Source: Candidatus Gugararchaeum adminiculabundum (GTDB taxonomy: Archaea > Micrarchaeota > Micrarchaeia > Burarchaeales > Gugararchaeaceae). From it: a DNA stretch of 64,000 nucleotides. Below the pieces are notes generated by a model. The model worked only from the letters and a program-made list of their open reading frames with translations. It was not told the origin of the DNA and did no database searches. Where the stretch lies: positions 68,725-132,724 of the forward strand of contig CABMDC010000004.1 in NCBI GenBank assembly GCA_902384795.1, written 5' to 3'. Below are positions 1-10,400 of the stretch, piece after piece. Position 1 is the first letter of the stretch, and every line of letters begins with the position of its first letter. The position numbers and the translations under genes are program-made.

Positions 1-1455
1 GCATGTTTCTTTCAACGAAAGATTTATTGGGCCGTCTTCGGTCTTTCCAACCTGCGCGTCAAACCCGTAGGTCGGCTTCTCCTTCTGCCCTCCGAACACC
101 CCGAATGTGAGCCACCTGAAAATAGCCATCCTTAATCCGACCCTGGTCGTGGTTGCAGGCGATTTGCCCGGCTTTTCAGTCTGGGTGGTTGCCACTCCCA
201 CGTCCACGTTCTGGGTTTTTCCGACTTTGCCGAGCCTGAGGCCGATTTCCGCAAGGGTGCGGGTCATTTTGTTTCCCCATTCGCCCTTCATGACGTTCAG
301 GCCGATTTTTTTGTTTATCGAAGGCCCGGTTTCAAACCAGACGCTGTGCTCGCCGTTCTGCCCTGCGAATACCGCGGCGCCCGGTGCGCCCAAGGGCCTG
401 AAAGGCGGGTTGCCCCATCTTGTTGCAGCCGGATTCTGCGCCACCGGAGCCGGCTTGGGCTTTGGAGCAGGCACTGCTTTTACTGGAGCTGCAAAAGCGG
501 ATTTCGCAAACAGTGAGAGTGCGATTCCGAGCACTATTGACGCGAGAGTTTTCCCGATGCCAAAGCTGCTGATTTTTCTATTTTCAATTTGGCGTATCCT
601 TGAACTGAACTGCTCTGCAGCGTCCTGTTTTTGTCTGCGGCATTCCTTGTGGTTTGGCATCTGTTGTACTGCCCGTAGCGCAAGGCAAAGGAATTCCAAA
701 TGATTTTTCTCGTGCAATTGGTCCAGTGCGGTGGTTACCAGAGTTTGGTAAGCTTCACCGATTAGTCTATACTTCACAAAATCTGATTCCCCTTCTTCAG
801 TTTCCAACTTTTTTGCGTGCCAGAGTGCTAATTGGAAAAGCTCGTCTGCCATTGTTAGCTCGCCTAGTGCCACTCTGAAGACGGCAATGCGGAAGGTATA
901 ACCTGCCCTTGAGGAGCAGTCCTCTATTGTGCCCCCAAGTGCCAATTGCTGTGCTATATCCAAAAATTGCCCGATATCCTCGGGTGACTTTCCTGCCCCG
1001 GTAACCCATTTAAGAAAAATTTTGGCATAAACCTCGAATTCACCGTCAGAATCTTTCGTGAACTTGCTGTAGGCGGTAGCTTGCGCTTTGGAAAAAGCGT
1101 AATGGAACAGGCGCAAGGCCTCGGATGTTTCTCCACTATCCGCTTTCTTCCGCGCGAATTCGCAGATTATGTCCATTTTAAAAACGTCAAATGGTTTAGA
1201 AGGGTCCTTGCCTGGTTTGGAATGGTTTCCCTCTGAGTTCTTTCCCTCGTCCATTTTTTTAAGAGATTGCGCGAGTTCTTCATATTCGCGATGATCGCGT
1301 ATAAGCCATTCCAGGGAATCTCTAGGCGCGTATGCATGAGCCAGAAAAAAATTGGTGATATCTGGATTGCGCACTTCTGACACTCGCGGTTGAATGTCGC
1401 CATGTTCCTCTATCAAGCTTCCGTCTTTTTGTACTGTCACATCTTTTTTTCCCAT
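1..1455 (-). CDS. Hypothetical membrane-anchored protein, 3'-truncated by the window edge (>=485 aa); missing from the ORF track
   Basis: Manual translation from ATG at 1455 (MGKKDVTVQKDGSLIEEHG...) stays open to position 1. Helical N-terminal part, hydrophobic segment LASIVLGIALSLFAKSAFA, Pro/Ala/Lys linker, then a Gly/aromatic beta-rich region. Confidence 0.8.
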   Translation of the reverse strand, partial: MGKKDVTVQKDGSLIEEHGDIQPRVSEVRNPDITNFFLAHAYAPRDSLEWLIRDHREYEELAQSLKKMDEGKNSEGNHSKPGKDPSKPFDVFKMDIICEFARKKADSGETSEALRLFHYAFSKAQATAYSKFTKDSDGEFEVYAKIFLKWVTGAGKSPEDIGQFLDIAQQLALGGTIEDCSSRAGYTFRIAVFRVALGELTMADELFQLALWHAKKLETEEGESDFVKYRLIGEAYQTLVTTALDQLHEKNHLEFLCLALRAVQQMPNHKECRRQKQDAAEQFSSRIRQIENRKISSFGIGKTLASIVLGIALSLFAKSAFAAPVKAVPAPKPKPAPVAQNPAATRWGNPPFRPLGAPGAAVFAGQNGEHSVWFETGPSINKKIGLNVMKGEWGNKMTRTLAEIGLRLGKVGKTQNVDVGVATTQTEKPGKSPATTTRVGLRMAIFRWLTFGVFGGQKEKPTYGFDAQVGKTEDGPINLSLKETC

Positions 1456-1615
1456 CCCAATCCCCCCATTTGTGGCTTATTCTCCACATCTTGTAATGTA
1501 TTACCACTCGCAAGCTATATATACATTTGTGGTGAGAATAAACACCACAAAATAGGATGGAGAAGGAAGAACGAGGGAAGAAAGAACGGTGGAAACAGAA
1601 GAAACTGGGGAGAAT

Positions 1616-2386
1616 ATGGCTGGAGAACTGGAAACTCTGGAAGAAATGGGGCTGTCTGCAAACGAGGCCAAGCTTTACCTAATGCTGATCAGGGGCGGGG
1701 AAATGAAAGCCAACGAGCTTTCAGTGAAATCCGGCCTGCAGAGAAGAACCGTTTATGACACCATGCAGCAATTGGAAAAGAAGGGCATGGTGGGCAAGGC
1801 GGAGATTTCAGGGGTTACGACCTTCTCGGCTTCGCCGCCGGCTGCACTCATGAGCTTCCTGGATGAGAAGAAAAATTCGCTCGAGAAAATCCTGCCCGAG
1901 CTTTCAAAGAGATTTGAAGCAGAAGAGAAAACACAGGTTTCAGTGTTGTATGGGGTTGGCGGAATAAAAACTGTTTTAGAGGACATTCTGGAAACAAAGC
2001 CCGACTGGTATTATTCCTACCACGGGCAGATGCAATTCTATGACCTGATGCCAAAATTCATCCAGATGTTCCATGACAAGTGCGCGAAAATGGGGATAAA
2101 CACGAAGTATCTTTTGCTGGATGTGCCCCAGGCGCGCGAGCGCTCGAAATTAATGAGGCACGCAGAAGTCAAATTCATAACTCCAACAACCATCTCGGCG
2201 GGAGTATGGTGGACCTACAAAAACAGGCTGATTCTGTTCGTGCTTCCAAAAGAGGGAATTCCGATAACCATGTTCATCAAGAACGAGGAGCTGGCAAAAG
2301 CGTTCACCAGCTCATTTATGGAAATGTTCAACTCGCACAAAGGCCCGCTTTACCGAGGGGATGCGGTTCCTAGGAAGAAAGCTTGA
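1616..2386 (+). CDS. TrmB-family transcriptional regulator
   Basis: N-terminal LEEMGLSANEAKLYLMLIRGGEMKANELS...RRTVYDTMQQLEKKGMV wHTH typical of TrmB, followed by an effector domain (VLYGVGGIKTVLEDIL). ATG 1616 preferred over GTG 1589. Confidence 0.85.
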   Translation: MAGELETLEEMGLSANEAKLYLMLIRGGEMKANELSVKSGLQRRTVYDTMQQLEKKGMVGKAEISGVTTFSASPPAALMSFLDEKKNSLEKILPELSKRFEAEEKTQVSVLYGVGGIKTVLEDILETKPDWYYSYHGQMQFYDLMPKFIQMFHDKCAKMGINTKYLLLDVPQARERSKLMRHAEVKFITPTTISAGVWWTYKNRLILFVLPKEGIPITMFIKNEELAKAFTSSFMEMFNSHKGPLYRGDAVPRKKA

Positions 2387-2906
2387 ACTCCTTCACATCC
2401 TGGTAAACGGGCCCGTTCGGAGTCAGCTCGCTCTTTTTCAAAATGAAGTTTTCCACTTTCTGTTCGCCCAAAATGAAGCCCGAATTCTTTTCCAGAAACG
2501 CCTTTGCCTCGACTTTCCTGCTTGCGCGCGCGATTGTGAGATGCGCGACAAACGGCTTGTCAGGCTTCAGGCCAAGCCTGCTCATTTTCTTATTCACCTG
2601 CGCCGCGAGTTCGCTTAATTCCGCGCTTTCGCAGGCAATCCAGACCACGCGCACGAATTTTTCATTGGGGAAAACACCAACCCCTGAGAAATTTAATGTG
2701 AACAAAGGCAATGCGATTCCCCTGAGCGATTCAATCGCTTCGTCTGCCTTGTCTTCGGAGATATCGCCCAAAAACTGGATTGTCAGGTGGAGATTGTCCT
2801 TTTCCACCATCTTGAAGCCGGAATCGGATTTAGCCAGCTCCTTCTGGAGCGCGACAACTTTGGTGCGCAATTCAGGCGCCAGATCAACTGCAATAAAAGC
2901 ACGCAT
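2370..2906 (-). CDS. thpR: RNA 2',3'-cyclic phosphodiesterase (2H family, LigT/ThpR)
   Basis: MRAFIAVDL start, two HxT motifs (LHLTI, AHLTI), C-terminal SELTPNGPVY. Confidence 0.92.
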   Translation of the reverse strand: MRAFIAVDLAPELRTKVVALQKELAKSDSGFKMVEKDNLHLTIQFLGDISEDKADEAIESLRGIALPLFTLNFSGVGVFPNEKFVRVVWIACESAELSELAAQVNKKMSRLGLKPDKPFVAHLTIARASRKVEAKAFLEKNSGFILGEQKVENFILKKSELTPNGPVYQDVKEFKLSS

Positions 2907-3049
2907 GGAAAATCAACTCATTTTGTTATTGCGAAAATGAAGAAAAACGGCGAGCGAGAAATCGCGAGCCGGTTTTTCGACACCTTCTTGGTTTCCTCGG
3001 TATTTTGAGGGGTTCGGGGCCAAGAGAATAGAACAATGTTGGCCCCGCA

Positions 3050-3252
3050 TGCGGTCGCCGGGATTTGAACCCGGGTTATAGGCTTTCTTCTTCCACCACA
3101 AAAGTCTTTTCTTTTGGGTTCGACCAGCCTTTTCTTTTTTAAAAGAAAAGGACCCGATTTTCGCCCGAGGCGAAAATGGGCGCATTCGAGCAGTGAGCTC
3201 GAATAGCGTGGGCTTGGAAGGCCTAAGTCCTACCAGGCTAGACTACAACCGC
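3050..3252 (-). tRNA. tRNA-Gly(TCC) with 130-nt intron at position 37/38 (intron 3085-3214)
   Basis: 5' exon GCGGTTGTAGTCTAGCCTGGTAGGACTTAGGCCTTCCA, 3' exon AGCCTATAACCCGGGTTCAAATCCCGGCGACCGCA. Anticodon stem TAGGC/GCCTA. Intron end GAAG pairs with CTTC (32-35) followed by an AA|A bulge, as in an archaeal splice motif. Confidence 0.9.
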
Positions 3253-3371
3253 GCATAGTTCACATATTTTGGCAGGCAATAGTTAAAAAAGTAAGTTCAA
3301 GGATAGAGAGGAAACTAAAATAGAAAAAGAAAGAGAAAAAAACAGAAAAAGAAAAGGAAAAAAGAACCCGC

Positions 3372-4184
3372 TTACTTGGCGAGTTCCGCGTCCACTGCCG
3401 TCTTCAACGAAGCCCAGTCAGCGCTGACAGGCTTGCCGTTTACAAAGAGCGAGGGTGTTCCGCTCACTCCTGCAGCAGACCCGTCCTTCATATCCTGCTG
3501 GACTTTGCTCGCGTAAGTGTTGCCGTCGATACATGCATTGTACTTCGCCGTGTCCAACCCGATGTCCGCGCCGAACGTCTTCAGGTTTGCAATCGAGAAA
3601 TCGCCCTGGTTCTCGCCTTTCTGCGAGGAGAAGAGCTTCACGTGCATTTCCCAGAACTTGCCCTGTACGCCTGCGCATTCAGCGGCATTGGCCGCATCAA
3701 GGCTCTCTTGGCCCAGGAACGCGTAGTTCTTGAAGATATACTTCACACTTGCCCCCTTTGCGATGTACTCGCTTTTCAATTTAGGAATCGGGGATTCGTA
3801 AGCCGCATATTTGCTCTTCAGGTAATCAATAACGTCCTGTCGTGTGCCCTCAGCCGCTCCGCAGAACGGGCACTGGTAATCCGCAAACATCACAACTGTT
3901 ACTTTCGCATCTGCAGGGCCGAGCGAATAGCTTCCGTTCGTGTTTATGTTTACCGCTGCAACATCGGCCTTTGCTCCGGTGTTTGCCGCTGCGCCCGTAT
4001 CCGCCGCTGCACCAGTATTAGCTGCCGCGCCCGTAGCCGGGACAGTGGCCGCGGATATCTGCAGGGTTCCGATGGAGTTCGAGAGCTTGTCAACTGAAAC
4101 AAACATCACTCCCGCGACCATCAGTGCCGAGACTAGAATTACAATACTTAAGATATACAATGCTCTCTCGTCCAAATAAAACAC
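3372..4184 (-). CDS. Membrane-anchored DsbA-family thiol-disulfide oxidoreductase
   Basis: N-terminal TM helix, Ala/Thr/Gly linker, GPADAKVTVVMFADYQCPFC, cis-Pro motif GVSGTPSLFVNG. Confidence 0.9.
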   Translation of the reverse strand: MFYLDERALYILSIVILVSALMVAGVMFVSVDKLSNSIGTLQISAATVPATGAAANTGAAADTGAAANTGAKADVAAVNINTNGSYSLGPADAKVTVVMFADYQCPFCGAAEGTRQDVIDYLKSKYAAYESPIPKLKSEYIAKGASVKYIFKNYAFLGQESLDAANAAECAGVQGKFWEMHVKLFSSQKGENQGDFSIANLKTFGADIGLDTAKYNACIDGNTYASKVQQDMKDGSAAGVSGTPSLFVNGKPVSADWASLKTAVDAELAK

Positions 4185-4340
4185 CCCCGATTCGCCAACG
4201 AAAAGTCGGCAAATATGGTAACCTATATATTGCTATAATTATGGGTAATCTCCTATTTAAACCATTTGTTTTGATTCGGGGAATAACCAGTTCGCCGGAT
4301 ATTCCCGGACGAATTTCCGGGAGAAACAAAAAAGAAAGAG

Positions 4341-4414
4341 TGCGACCGCCGGGATTTGAACCCGGCTCGCGAAATTGGCAATCTCGAGTCCTAACCAGGC
4401 TAGACTACGGTCGC
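4341..4414 (-). tRNA. tRNA-Gly(GCC)
   Basis: GCGACCGTAGTCTAGCCTGGTTAGGACTCGAGATTGCCAATTTCGCGAGCCGGGTTCAAATCCCGGCGGTCGCA: full cloverleaf, anticodon GCC, no encoded CCA. Confidence 0.95.
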
Positions 4415-4543
4415 TCTGATATATATTTTCTGAGGATTTAATTAAAAATACTGTTGCTCGCGGATGCGGGGCCGCGGCAGGCGTTTTCCGCGCTGTCCAA
4501 GCCTGCGCTAAGCTTATATTCGCTGAAATGCAAAATGACAAAC

Positions 4544-5620
4544 ATGGCAAAATCAGCTACCATGACCGTGGACATGACTTCCTACTACAACAAAATAGGC
4601 GAAATCGCACCGCCGCTCAGCGAGAGGATTACGACCCTTACGGACCCTCGCCTGATTGCCCTGAACCGGCAGATTGCGGGCATAGTGCCAAAAAACTGGG
4701 AAAAGAAATACCGATTTTATGTGAAAAACATTGACGCCAACGAATCCGTCGGAGTGAATGAAACTGAAAAATTCAGGATTGCGAGCGTGATCAAAGTCCC
4801 CTGGGTCATGGCATTCTATCATTGGATTGAAAACGAGGTTCCTGAAAACGAAAAAAAGGGCGAGCTGAAATTTGTCAGGGACAGGATCCATGGAATTCTG
4901 GTAAAGAGTAACAACTATTTTTCAGACGATATCGTTGAGCGACTGGGCGAGAAAAATCTCGGGGCCTGCCTTGCCGGATATGGAATCAAGCTGCCTGAGG
5001 GGAAACTGACCGAAGCCGAGGCGCGGAAAATTCTCGCAAATCCAAAGCTAAAGCCACTTTTGAAAGAATACACGCTGCGGCCAAGGAACAGCAACCGGAA
5101 AAAAGGCGAGCTGATCGGCTATAGGGAAAACCTGTTCGAGCTCGTTGGCCTGGAAAAGGTCAACCGGATTATGGAGACAATGGGGATGGACCTGAAAGTT
5201 AAGCAAATTATCCCCGAAAGCGGAAGGGTTTACGAGAATCTTATATCCATGGTGCAGATTTGCAGGGCATTCGAGCTGCTCTATGCATCGGCTTCCGGAA
5301 ACGGGCCGATTTCCAAGCAAAGCGCGGCAGAGATGTACACGAACATGAGCAGCAAGGAGAAGCCGCGATTTTTCCCAAAGCCTTTCGAGGGCAATCCGGT
5401 TTACCATAAAACAGGCCTGAATGACCAGGCGGTCAGTGATGTGGCGTTGGTGAATGTCGGGGGCACGTGGTATGCGCTTGGGTTCAGCCTGAAAGCGGCA
5501 TCGTTCGGGAAGGAATATGCGCAGGCGAGGTACGATTTTATCAACCTAATAGCAAAGGGGATTGCCGACACGATGACAGGACCTTCGGAGCTGGCGAATG
5601 TGAGGTTGAGCAGAAGGTAA
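4544..5620 (+). CDS. Class A beta-lactamase-like serine hydrolase
   Basis: SxxK (IASVIK), SxN (KSNN) and KTG (YHKTG) motifs in canonical order, plus DVALV. Start codon uncertain (4535/4544). Confidence 0.8.
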   Translation: MAKSATMTVDMTSYYNKIGEIAPPLSERITTLTDPRLIALNRQIAGIVPKNWEKKYRFYVKNIDANESVGVNETEKFRIASVIKVPWVMAFYHWIENEVPENEKKGELKFVRDRIHGILVKSNNYFSDDIVERLGEKNLGACLAGYGIKLPEGKLTEAEARKILANPKLKPLLKEYTLRPRNSNRKKGELIGYRENLFELVGLEKVNRIMETMGMDLKVKQIIPESGRVYENLISMVQICRAFELLYASASGNGPISKQSAAEMYTNMSSKEKPRFFPKPFEGNPVYHKTGLNDQAVSDVALVNVGGTWYALGFSLKAASFGKEYAQARYDFINLIAKGIADTMTGPSELANVRLSRR

Positions 5621-5652
5621 ATCTATAATAATAAAGGAAGCCTAATTTTTTC

Positions 5653-7398
5653 ATGAAGTTTTCGGTTCTGGCGGACGCATACGAGAAAATAGAGGCAACA
5701 GCCGGCAGGCTGGAAATGACGGGCATACTTTCCGAGCTGTTCAAAAAAATGAATTCACCAGCCGAGGCAGAGAAAATCGCCTACCTACTCCAGGGGGTTG
5801 TCGCTCCCCCGCACAGGGGAATTGAGCTGGGCATGGGCGAAAAATTCGTAATGCAGGCGATCGCGCTCGCATCCGGCTATGCGCGGGAAGCTGTGGAAAA
5901 GGAATACAAAAAAGAAGGCGACCTGGGGCTGGTGGCGCAAAAGCTGCTGGAAAAAAGAAAACAGCAGTCGCTCCACTCAGAGGAGCTGGCGGTGGACAAG
6001 GTGTTCGCAAGCTTCATGAAAATCGCAACCTCTGGGGGCCAGGGGAGCCAGGAGCAGAAAATCAAAATGCTGGCAGAGCTTCTGAATTCCGCCTCTCCGC
6101 TGGAAGCAAAATTCATCACCCGTTTTCCCATGGGAAGAATGCGATTGGGAATCGGGGACCCGACAATTCTGGACGCATTTTCCACTTATTCGGCTGGGGA
6201 CAAGAGTTTGCGCGAGCCGCTTGAGCGCGCGTACAATTTATGCAGTGATTTGGGGCTGGTTTCAAAAACTTTTATGGATGGCGGGATAAGGGCGATTCAG
6301 AAATTTGAAATGCAGGTGTTCTCGCCAGTGAGGCCTGCGCTCGCAGAAAGGCTGAACTCGCCAGAGGAGATCATGGAAAAACTGAAGGACTGTGTGGTTG
6401 AGGCGAAATACGACGGCTTCAGGATGCAGGTGCACAAAAAGGCGGACAGGGTCATGATTTTCTCCAGAAGGCAGGAAGAGATGACGCGCATGTTCCCGGA
6501 AGTTGTTTCCGCTGTGCAGAAACTTTCCGCCAAGGAGATTGTTTTCGAAGGCGAGGCGCTTTCCATTGACAAAAAAACAGGCAAGTTCCTTTCGTTCCAG
6601 CAGACAATCCAGCGCAAGAGGAAGTACGAGGTGAAGGAAATGAGCGAGGAATTCCCGCTCAGGATTTTTGCCTTTGATTTGCTGTTTTTGAATGGCGAGG
6701 ATTTGACCGGTGAAAAATATCTGGACAGAAGGAAGAAACTTGAGAAAGCGATTTCCGGGAGCGAACTGATCCAGATGAGCGAATCAATTAGGACAAAGGA
6801 TGCGAAGGAGCTGGAGAAATTCTTCAACTTTTGCATAAACAAGGGGCTCGAGGGGATTATCGCCAAGGATTTGAATTCACCCTATGTTGCCGGGGCCCGT
6901 AAATTCGCCTGGATAAAACTGAAACGGAGCTATGGCGCGATGGTGGACACGGTTGACCTGGTGATTGTCGGCTATTATCTGGGCAAGGGGCAAAGGGCTG
7001 ATTTTGAATTTGGCGGGCTTCTTGCGGCAGTGATTGATGACGAGGACGGAAGGTTCAAGACAATTGCGCGCATCGGCTCGGGTTTCACTGAAGAGGAAAT
7101 GAAGGATTTGGAGAAAAAGCTGGATGCGATCAAAACAAAACAAAAACCGAAAAAACTGGATTCGGAAGTTGAGCCCGATTTTTGGGTTGAACCGAAATAT
7201 GTGATTACCGCTTCTTCGGATGAGATCACGCTTTCCCCAATGCACACCGCGGGCAAAAGAGGGAGCGACAAGGGATACGCGCTGAGATTTCCCAGGATGA
7301 CCGCGATTCGCGATGACAAGGGGCCGGATGATGCCACCACTGTTTCCGAGATAATTCACATGTATGAGCTGCAGAAGAAAAAAATGACTGCAAGATAG
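5653..7398 (+). CDS. lig: ATP-dependent DNA ligase
   Basis: EAKYDGFRMQVH (KxDG), EGIIAK, WIKLK, DLVIVG, LRFPR motifs; archaeal three-domain length (581 aa). Confidence 0.97.
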   Translation: MKFSVLADAYEKIEATAGRLEMTGILSELFKKMNSPAEAEKIAYLLQGVVAPPHRGIELGMGEKFVMQAIALASGYAREAVEKEYKKEGDLGLVAQKLLEKRKQQSLHSEELAVDKVFASFMKIATSGGQGSQEQKIKMLAELLNSASPLEAKFITRFPMGRMRLGIGDPTILDAFSTYSAGDKSLREPLERAYNLCSDLGLVSKTFMDGGIRAIQKFEMQVFSPVRPALAERLNSPEEIMEKLKDCVVEAKYDGFRMQVHKKADRVMIFSRRQEEMTRMFPEVVSAVQKLSAKEIVFEGEALSIDKKTGKFLSFQQTIQRKRKYEVKEMSEEFPLRIFAFDLLFLNGEDLTGEKYLDRRKKLEKAISGSELIQMSESIRTKDAKELEKFFNFCINKGLEGIIAKDLNSPYVAGARKFAWIKLKRSYGAMVDTVDLVIVGYYLGKGQRADFEFGGLLAAVIDDEDGRFKTIARIGSGFTEEEMKDLEKKLDAIKTKQKPKKLDSEVEPDFWVEPKYVITASSDEITLSPMHTAGKRGSDKGYALRFPRMTAIRDDKGPDDATTVSEIIHMYELQKKKMTAR

Positions 7399-7433
7399 GA
7401 AACAAGAATCCGCCTGTTATTATTTGTCTAATG

Positions 7434-10400
7434 TTAGTTTTCTTTTCCCATTTCGAGTTTCCGTTTTTTGCGCTTCAAAAGCATGAGGATTAGGAAAACC
7501 GGCACGAACATGAAAGCTACCAGTAGGGTTACGGTTATTGCTCCGGGCACGGTGCGGATCAATTCCCAAATTCCCAGGGAGTGCTCTTCAGGAACCAGGG
7601 GCAATGGAGTCGGAGTTAGGAGGTATGTTGATGCCTGCTCTGCAAGATTGCTTGCATTGGCATAATCCCCTATTTGATACGCCAGATATGCCTGGCTTAG
7701 GAACTTTTCAGCTTCGGTAACCACCTGTCCCTGATTTTTCGCATCGTCCAACTGTTTTTTCACCTTGTCGATTTCTTTCTTTGTTTTTTCTTTTTCAATT
7801 GCAATTTCAGGGGAGGTTGGAACACACGCATTGCTTGTGCATTTTTCTCCGCTCGCGCAGTCGCCGTCGGCGCAGCATTCGTAGGGAACCCACACATGGT
7901 TTTCAGCATGGCCGCAGGTTCCGGATACTACGGCACAGGAGTTGTCAGTGCAAACGCTGTCGCTCGCGCAGTCCAAATTGCTGCAGCAGTCATAACTGGT
8001 CCAGGCATGGCCCAGAGCTTTTCCGCACACTCCCGTGATCCTGGTGCATCCGCCAACCAGGCACTTTTCGTCGTCTGCGCAGTCTGAATCCGAAGTGCAG
8101 GGAGGAACAAGGCAGGCAACCGGAGTCATTGTCTCTTCCGCAGACAAGGAGGAATACCTGGCCAGAATTGTGTAACTTTCAATTGTGAGAGGAGTGAATG
8201 ATATTTTTCCCTGCGCACCAGTAATCCCGCTGGTTTCAGTGAACCCGCCTATTTGGAACAAAACAACCGCACCAGCGCGCCCCCCGTCCTTGTCGCTGAC
8301 TTTTACTTCAACAGCATAGCCTTTGCACACTTTCGAAGGAATGTGAATTGTCAGATTGTTAGGAACGTTGTTATCTGGAGAAATGACAGACTCGCAATCG
8401 ATTGAAGAACCGGTGGGGTAGGTTGCATTCAGGAGCGGGGAAAAGATGACAGTTCCAAGAGCAGAATCATCATACCAGTCATGAATGGTCGCGCTTACGT
8501 CAGAACAGTAAGTCGTGCCCCAATAATTGTTTTGGGCATTAACGCCAGCTGCCTGGCCGTTGTAAAGCGAGAAAAGAGCGTTGAGATAGAAATAATTGTG
8601 GGTTATGTTGTTGCCTAAAGATGAATCGAATATGCTCATACCCGCAATTGAATTGAGATATAGGGAATTTTCGATGATAGTGTTTTCAGAAGAAGAATCA
8701 AGAACAAGGCCGCTTTGGCCATTTTCATGGAGAGAGTTGTTTTGAACGGTTATGTTCAAGGACGATTGGAGATTGATTCCGCTGGCAAAGCCCGAAATCA
8801 TGCAGTTCTTTATGGACGTGTTCTCCTGGCCGGTCATATTCACTCCATAACCAGTTCCATTCCCCATGAGCGCAGATCCGTTGCAGTCCAGGATTATGTT
8901 GCTTGCGCGCAGGGTCAGCGCAGTGCCGTTGCATATAAGGTCAAAGGGAAGCGTGGTGCTTAGGACGAGAATATCGCCGCATGCTATGGTGGTTACAACA
9001 GTGCCTACTGTAATATTGATTTGTGAGGTGATTGAATTGTCGCTGGAATCGTTCGCAGTGACTGAAATCCGGTAAACTCCATTGCCAAGGATAGTGGAGT
9101 TGGTGAGAACCCCCGTATTCATGTCCATGGTGAAATTTCCGGTGTCATTTACGAAATAGTAAACAGTGCCGGAATTGTCACTGGCATCCAGGACATAGGA
9201 AAATACCGATTCCAGGGCAACTGCTCTGTTGATTGGAACAGTGTTCCACGTTGGAGCAATGGTGTCCAGCACGGTGACATTGAACTGCACGATGTTCGCA
9301 TTGTTGCTGGAATCATTGACAGTGACCAAAAGAGGGTAAAATCCTACTGCCAGAGTTGTTGCATTGGTCAAATTGCCGGTGTTGATGTCCATGGCAAAAT
9401 TCCCGGTGTCATTTACGAAATAATAAACAGTGCCGGAATTGTCGGTGGCGTTCAGGTCATAGAAGAAGGGGAATCCTACTTCGGCTGTCTGATTTTCCGG
9501 GGTTTCTGCCCATACCGGGGTCAGCGTGTCCAGCACCGTGGCATTGATCTGCGCGGTACGCGGATTGTTGCTGGAATCATTAATCGTGACCATAAGAGGA
9601 TAGATCCCGAGGGACAGGCTTGTTGCATTGGTCAAATTGCCGGTGTTGATGTCCATGGCAAAATTCCCGGTGTCATTTACGAAATAATAAACAGTGCCGG
9701 AATTGTCGGTGGCGTTCAGGTCATATTCAAAAGATGAAACCGAGCCAATGGACTTGTTGACCGGGGTTTCAACCCATGCGGGCGCGGTCGTGTCGGTCAC
9801 ATTTATCCGGATGACCGCGGAGATGCTGTTTGAAAATGCTCCGGAAGCAGTAATGTTCAGGGAATAATTTGCCCCCAGTGGGAGGTAGGTAGCATTTGTA
9901 AGATTGCCGTTGCTGCTATTTATTGCAAAATTAGTCGTGTCATTTATCGTATAAGTGGTCGGGAAAAGGTCGGTCGCATTGACATCATAGGCAAAAACAG
10001 AACCTACTTCGGCCGTCCTGTTTGATAGCGATTCCAGCCATTCTGGAGGCCCGGTGTATTGTATTATTGCGTAGGTTGAGCCGGGGAAAAGCGAGTAAAG
10101 CGCGAGCGTATTGCTTGTGGCGTTCGAAGTGCCGTTCAGCATTGTCCAGCCGGAGGAATTGTATTTCCACAGGTCAAACGCTGCCGGGTTGTATTGGCTT
10201 GGAACTTCTGCGTCAAACCAGGTAAGGGCGATGTAGTCGATTGAAACCGAAGTAGTGTTTGCAGTGATGTTCACGAATTTCTGGAGGAACGAAGTTGTGT
10301 TTCCGGGAATCGAGGTTGAGTTCCCGGCCCATTTTATGCTGAACGAGGTGCTGTTTTCAACAGTGTCGATTATGCTCAGGCTTGTGTAATTGGTGTAATT

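Noticed and set aside
107-703. 198-aa plus-strand ORF and other short ORFs in 654-1513
   Set aside because: Antisense or alternate-frame shadows of the longer minus-strand ORF 1-1455.
3050-4414. Two tRNA-Gly 3' ends as attL/attR around dsbA
   Set aside because: Both are complete isoacceptor genes with different anticodons, the similarity is ordinary, and there is no integrase.
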